From Octopus vulgaris (taxonomy: Eukaryota), in contig OX597818.1 in NCBI GenBank assembly GCA_951406725.2, positions 23,870,001 to 23,934,000 on the forward strand: DNA of 64,000 nucleotides, written 5' to 3'. The notes under the pieces are model-generated. The model was not told the origin of the DNA and searched no databases. It was given only the letters and a program-made list of their open reading frames with translations. Shown piece by piece: positions 60,828 through 64,000 of the stretch. Position numbers and translations under genes: made by a program. Position 1 is the first letter of the stretch; each line of letters starts with the position of its first letter.

Positions 60828-63420
60828 ATGAGTCTTCCCAACTTGCCTCCATACTCTGGTGATGTCACACTTTGGTTTGCTCAATTGGATGCATGTTTGT
60901 CCACCCATGCTGTACCTCACCAACAGCAACTGAACCTTTTGTACTCTGGAATACCTTCACCTCTTGCATGCTCAGTGAAAGATCTCATCACTGACCCACA
61001 TCCAGATGCACCTTACGTGTCCATCAAATCTGAGGTTCTCCGTTGGAACACACAATTCACAGAGAGTAAATTCCAGACACTGATGCAGGATGAACACCTG
61101 AGAGATAGGACACCATCTGAGTTTCTTCATCGGTTGCGAGAACTCAGCAATACTCCACTTGAGGACAATCTTCTGCTAAGGAAATTGTTTTCCTCTTGTC
61201 TACCGCTGAATGTCCAATCAATACTGGCCACAACAGTCGACTCCAATTTGCTCGATCAGATAGCCACCATGGTGGACAAGATCATAGAGCTTACTGTGCA
61301 GCCTGCACTTCATCATACCTGTTCGGACCCTGTAGTACGAGTAGCTTCCCCTACTACTACAAAGTCTCCTGCCTCATCATATGATGACATTTTGGAGAGA
61401 GTCGATGCACTAACACGTTACATAGACACACTGTGGCGAGAACACGCCAGCTCTTAGTCACAGTCATCTAGTTCTGTTTCAATGGTTTCCAATCTCTGCT
61501 GGTACCATGCTAGATTTAAGGACAAAGCCCGTTGATGCATCTAACCCTGTTCATTCAAGCTGTCGGAAAACTAGTTGCGTAAGATTTGGGCATGTCAGTT
61601 TCATCTCATCACGCATTCTTTGTTAAGGATCATGAGTCTAACAAATCATTCATGGTTGACACTGGATCCAGCTGTTAGAGTTGGCCTTTGCATGTTACTT
61701 CAGACAAGCCAAAGCAATCTGTCATTAACCTGCATACGGTGAATCTATCCCCAATAAAAACTTACAGTCAGGTCTCATTAAACCTAGATCTCAACCTTTG
61801 AAGGGATTTTAGGTGGGTTTCATTATAGCAGATCTACCACACTCTATTCTGGGTGCAGACTTCTAAAGTCACTTTCACTTATTAGTAAGATGTCAGGCGA
61901 CAGACTCATGGACGATTCTACATCTTTGCTTACCCCTGCTCGGGTTACTACTAATGCTGTTTTCAGCCAGTCATCTTTTGTCGCCACTGCTGGAGATCAA
62001 TTCCACTCTCTTTTGACTTCTTTCCCAGAGCTGGTAGATCCGACTTTCAAATCAGACAAAATTACGCACTCGACTCACCATTATATCACTACTTCTGGAC
62101 CACCCGTTTTTTCATGTCCACAGTGACTCGCCCCTGATTGGCTCAAAAAGGCTTGATCTGAGTTTGAGTATATGCTTCAACTCAGCCTTATTCGCCCCTC
62201 CACCAGCTCTTGAGCATCTCCTCTTCATTTGGCTTGGAAAGGGGATTCAGATTTTCATCCAGTGAGTGATTATACATGTTTAAATGCGGTCACTGTTCCA
62301 GATTGCTATCCATTAAGGAATCTCCAGGATTTTGCTTCACACTTGCATGGTTGTACTGTTTTTTCCAAGGTTGACCTCATCTGGGCTTATCATCCAATTC
62401 CGATGAACCCTGACAATATACACAAAAACTGCCATTACCACTCCTTTTGGAAGTTTTGAGTTCCTGTTTATGAGCTTCAGTTTGCAGAATGCAATGAGTA
62501 CATTCCAGAGGTTTATTGATGAAGTTGTCTGTGGACTTGACTGTGCGCTTGCTTACATGGATGATTTGCTCATAGCTAGTGACTCACATGAAAATCACCT
62601 CCATCACTAATCTCAACTTTTCCAGCATCTTTGCCCCGACAATGTGCGAATCAACCCTGCTAAATGTGTTTTCGGATAAACCTCTCTGAAATTCCTAGGT
62701 CATTATATCGACTCTAATGGTATCTGATCTCTCTCCTCCAAAGTCGATACAAATCAATGCATCTCACTTTCCACTTCTTTATGCCATCTGTGTCATTTCT
62801 TGGGAAACGTCAACTTCTACAGGGGATTCATACCTAAATGTGCAAATATGTTACATCCTTTGATTCAACTATTGAAAGCAAATAAAACAAAAAAATTCTC
62901 CTATCACTTTATCTGCTGAGGCACTATCTTCTTTTGTGTAAATCAAGAAGGAAATAGCTTCTTTTCCTTTGCTTGCACATCCAGTTCCTGATGCTTGTCT
63001 CTCTTTAACAGTTGATGCATTGGATTCTGCAGTCGGGGCCGTTTTACAACATACCATCGATAATCAAACTTGACCTTTGGCATTTTTTTCTCGTCAATTA
63101 AAGCCAGCTGAACATCATTACAGTATATTTGATTGTGAACTCTTAGCGATCTACCTGTCGGTTCGTCATTTTCAATATCAACTTGATGGCCGAGATTTTG
63201 TGATTTATACTGATCGCAAACCGCTTACATTTGCTCTGCCATCTAAATTGGACAGACACCCACCTCGTGCTTTTTGTCACCTGGACTACATTTCCCAGTT
63301 CATGAGTGACATTCGGCATATACCTGAAACAGAGAACGTACCTGCTGACGCACTCTCTCGTTGCCGTATGTTCTCTTTCATCTCCTGCTGCAATCGATTT
63401 AACTGCCATTGTGCAGGATC
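60828..63420 (+). mobile_element. Decayed Ty3/gypsy gag-pol
   Basis: gag LPPYSGDVTLWFAQLDA...LRDRTPSEFL and CWYHARF, protease FMVDTGSS, RT FSKVDLIWAYH and YMDDLL, RNase H VDALDSAVGAVL...ELLAIYLSVRHF...NVPADALSR; many stops and frameshifts. Confidence 0.9.
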
Positions 63421-63559
63421 ATTTGAAAAGTTTAATTTCCCCCCATCCCACCCAAGAATTGGAGGGGGAATTAAAATTTTAAAACGCAGCTTTTTTTTTT
63501 TGCAGAATCAGTATCTCCGTACTCGAAAATGGTGTATTTAAAAAAAAAAAAAATGAAAG

Positions 63560-63880
63560 AGGGTGCGGTCCACATTCTTTACGTCCGCCACCACTTGTCT
63601 ATTAAGCCAGTGCACGAGATTTCCACCCTCCTCAAAATCCCTCGGTCCACGGTTTCCGATGTAAGAACGAAGTGGAAACGTGAAGAGAGGTGTACAACCC
63701 AAAAGCGTTCAGGCTGACCATGTTAACCCCCAAAGACCGTCGGATGTTGATGAGGGTCGCACGGCATAATGGTCTATCACCCCTCATCACCATCATACAG
63801 GATCTACTCTAAGCACCATGATTGTTCGGCGCGAGGTACGGGAACTTTGTTTCCATGGAAGAGCAGCTGCCCATAAGTAT
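63560..63880 (+). mobile_element. Tc1-like transposase N-terminal fragment
   Basis: EISTLLKIPRSTVSDVRTKWK...RSG*P..LTPKDRRML, a paired-like HTH with an RSGRP-type motif. Confidence 0.7.
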
Positions 63881-64000
63881 ATGAGCATATTTTGACAACA
63901 AACTTAGATGCATCGAATAGGTTGGTATTTTACAGTAAATAAATTAAATTTCGAACGCTGGGTAGCTATGAAGACAGCCAAGAAAATTGGCTCAATTCCC

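Overview
AT-rich, microsatellite- and transposon-dense animal genomic DNA. The SINE, RTE-tail and MITE repertoire looks like a coleoid cephalopod, probably Octopus (inference from recalled repeat families). Two convergent spliced genes can be built by hand. (1) A + strand gene, CDS 21293-38101, 8 coding exons, about 849 aa, with a long acidic/Ser-rich N-terminus and about 5 C-terminal ankyrin repeats, resembling an atypical nuclear IkB (IkBzeta/IkBNS/Bcl-3-like). (2) Fibrillarin on the - strand, CDS 53573-43292, 8 exons, 322 aa, with a TOP/TCT-like start and a downstream E-box. The rest is decayed Ty3/gypsy, mariner/Tc1/DD37D, RTE LINE, tRNA-SINE and MITE sequence. The main hidden signal is a set of type-I hammerhead-ribozyme folds in Penelope-like or retrozyme-like short elements and foldback palindromes. 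One is near-intact (56176-56251), one has an intact core (42133-42208) and six are degenerate. Also notable are two templated-insertion scars inside the ankyrin gene and a gag-only LTR element in fibrillarin intron 1. Most ORFs in the supplied track are microsatellite or antisense artefacts. All alignments and folds were done by eye, and repeat boundaries are approximate.
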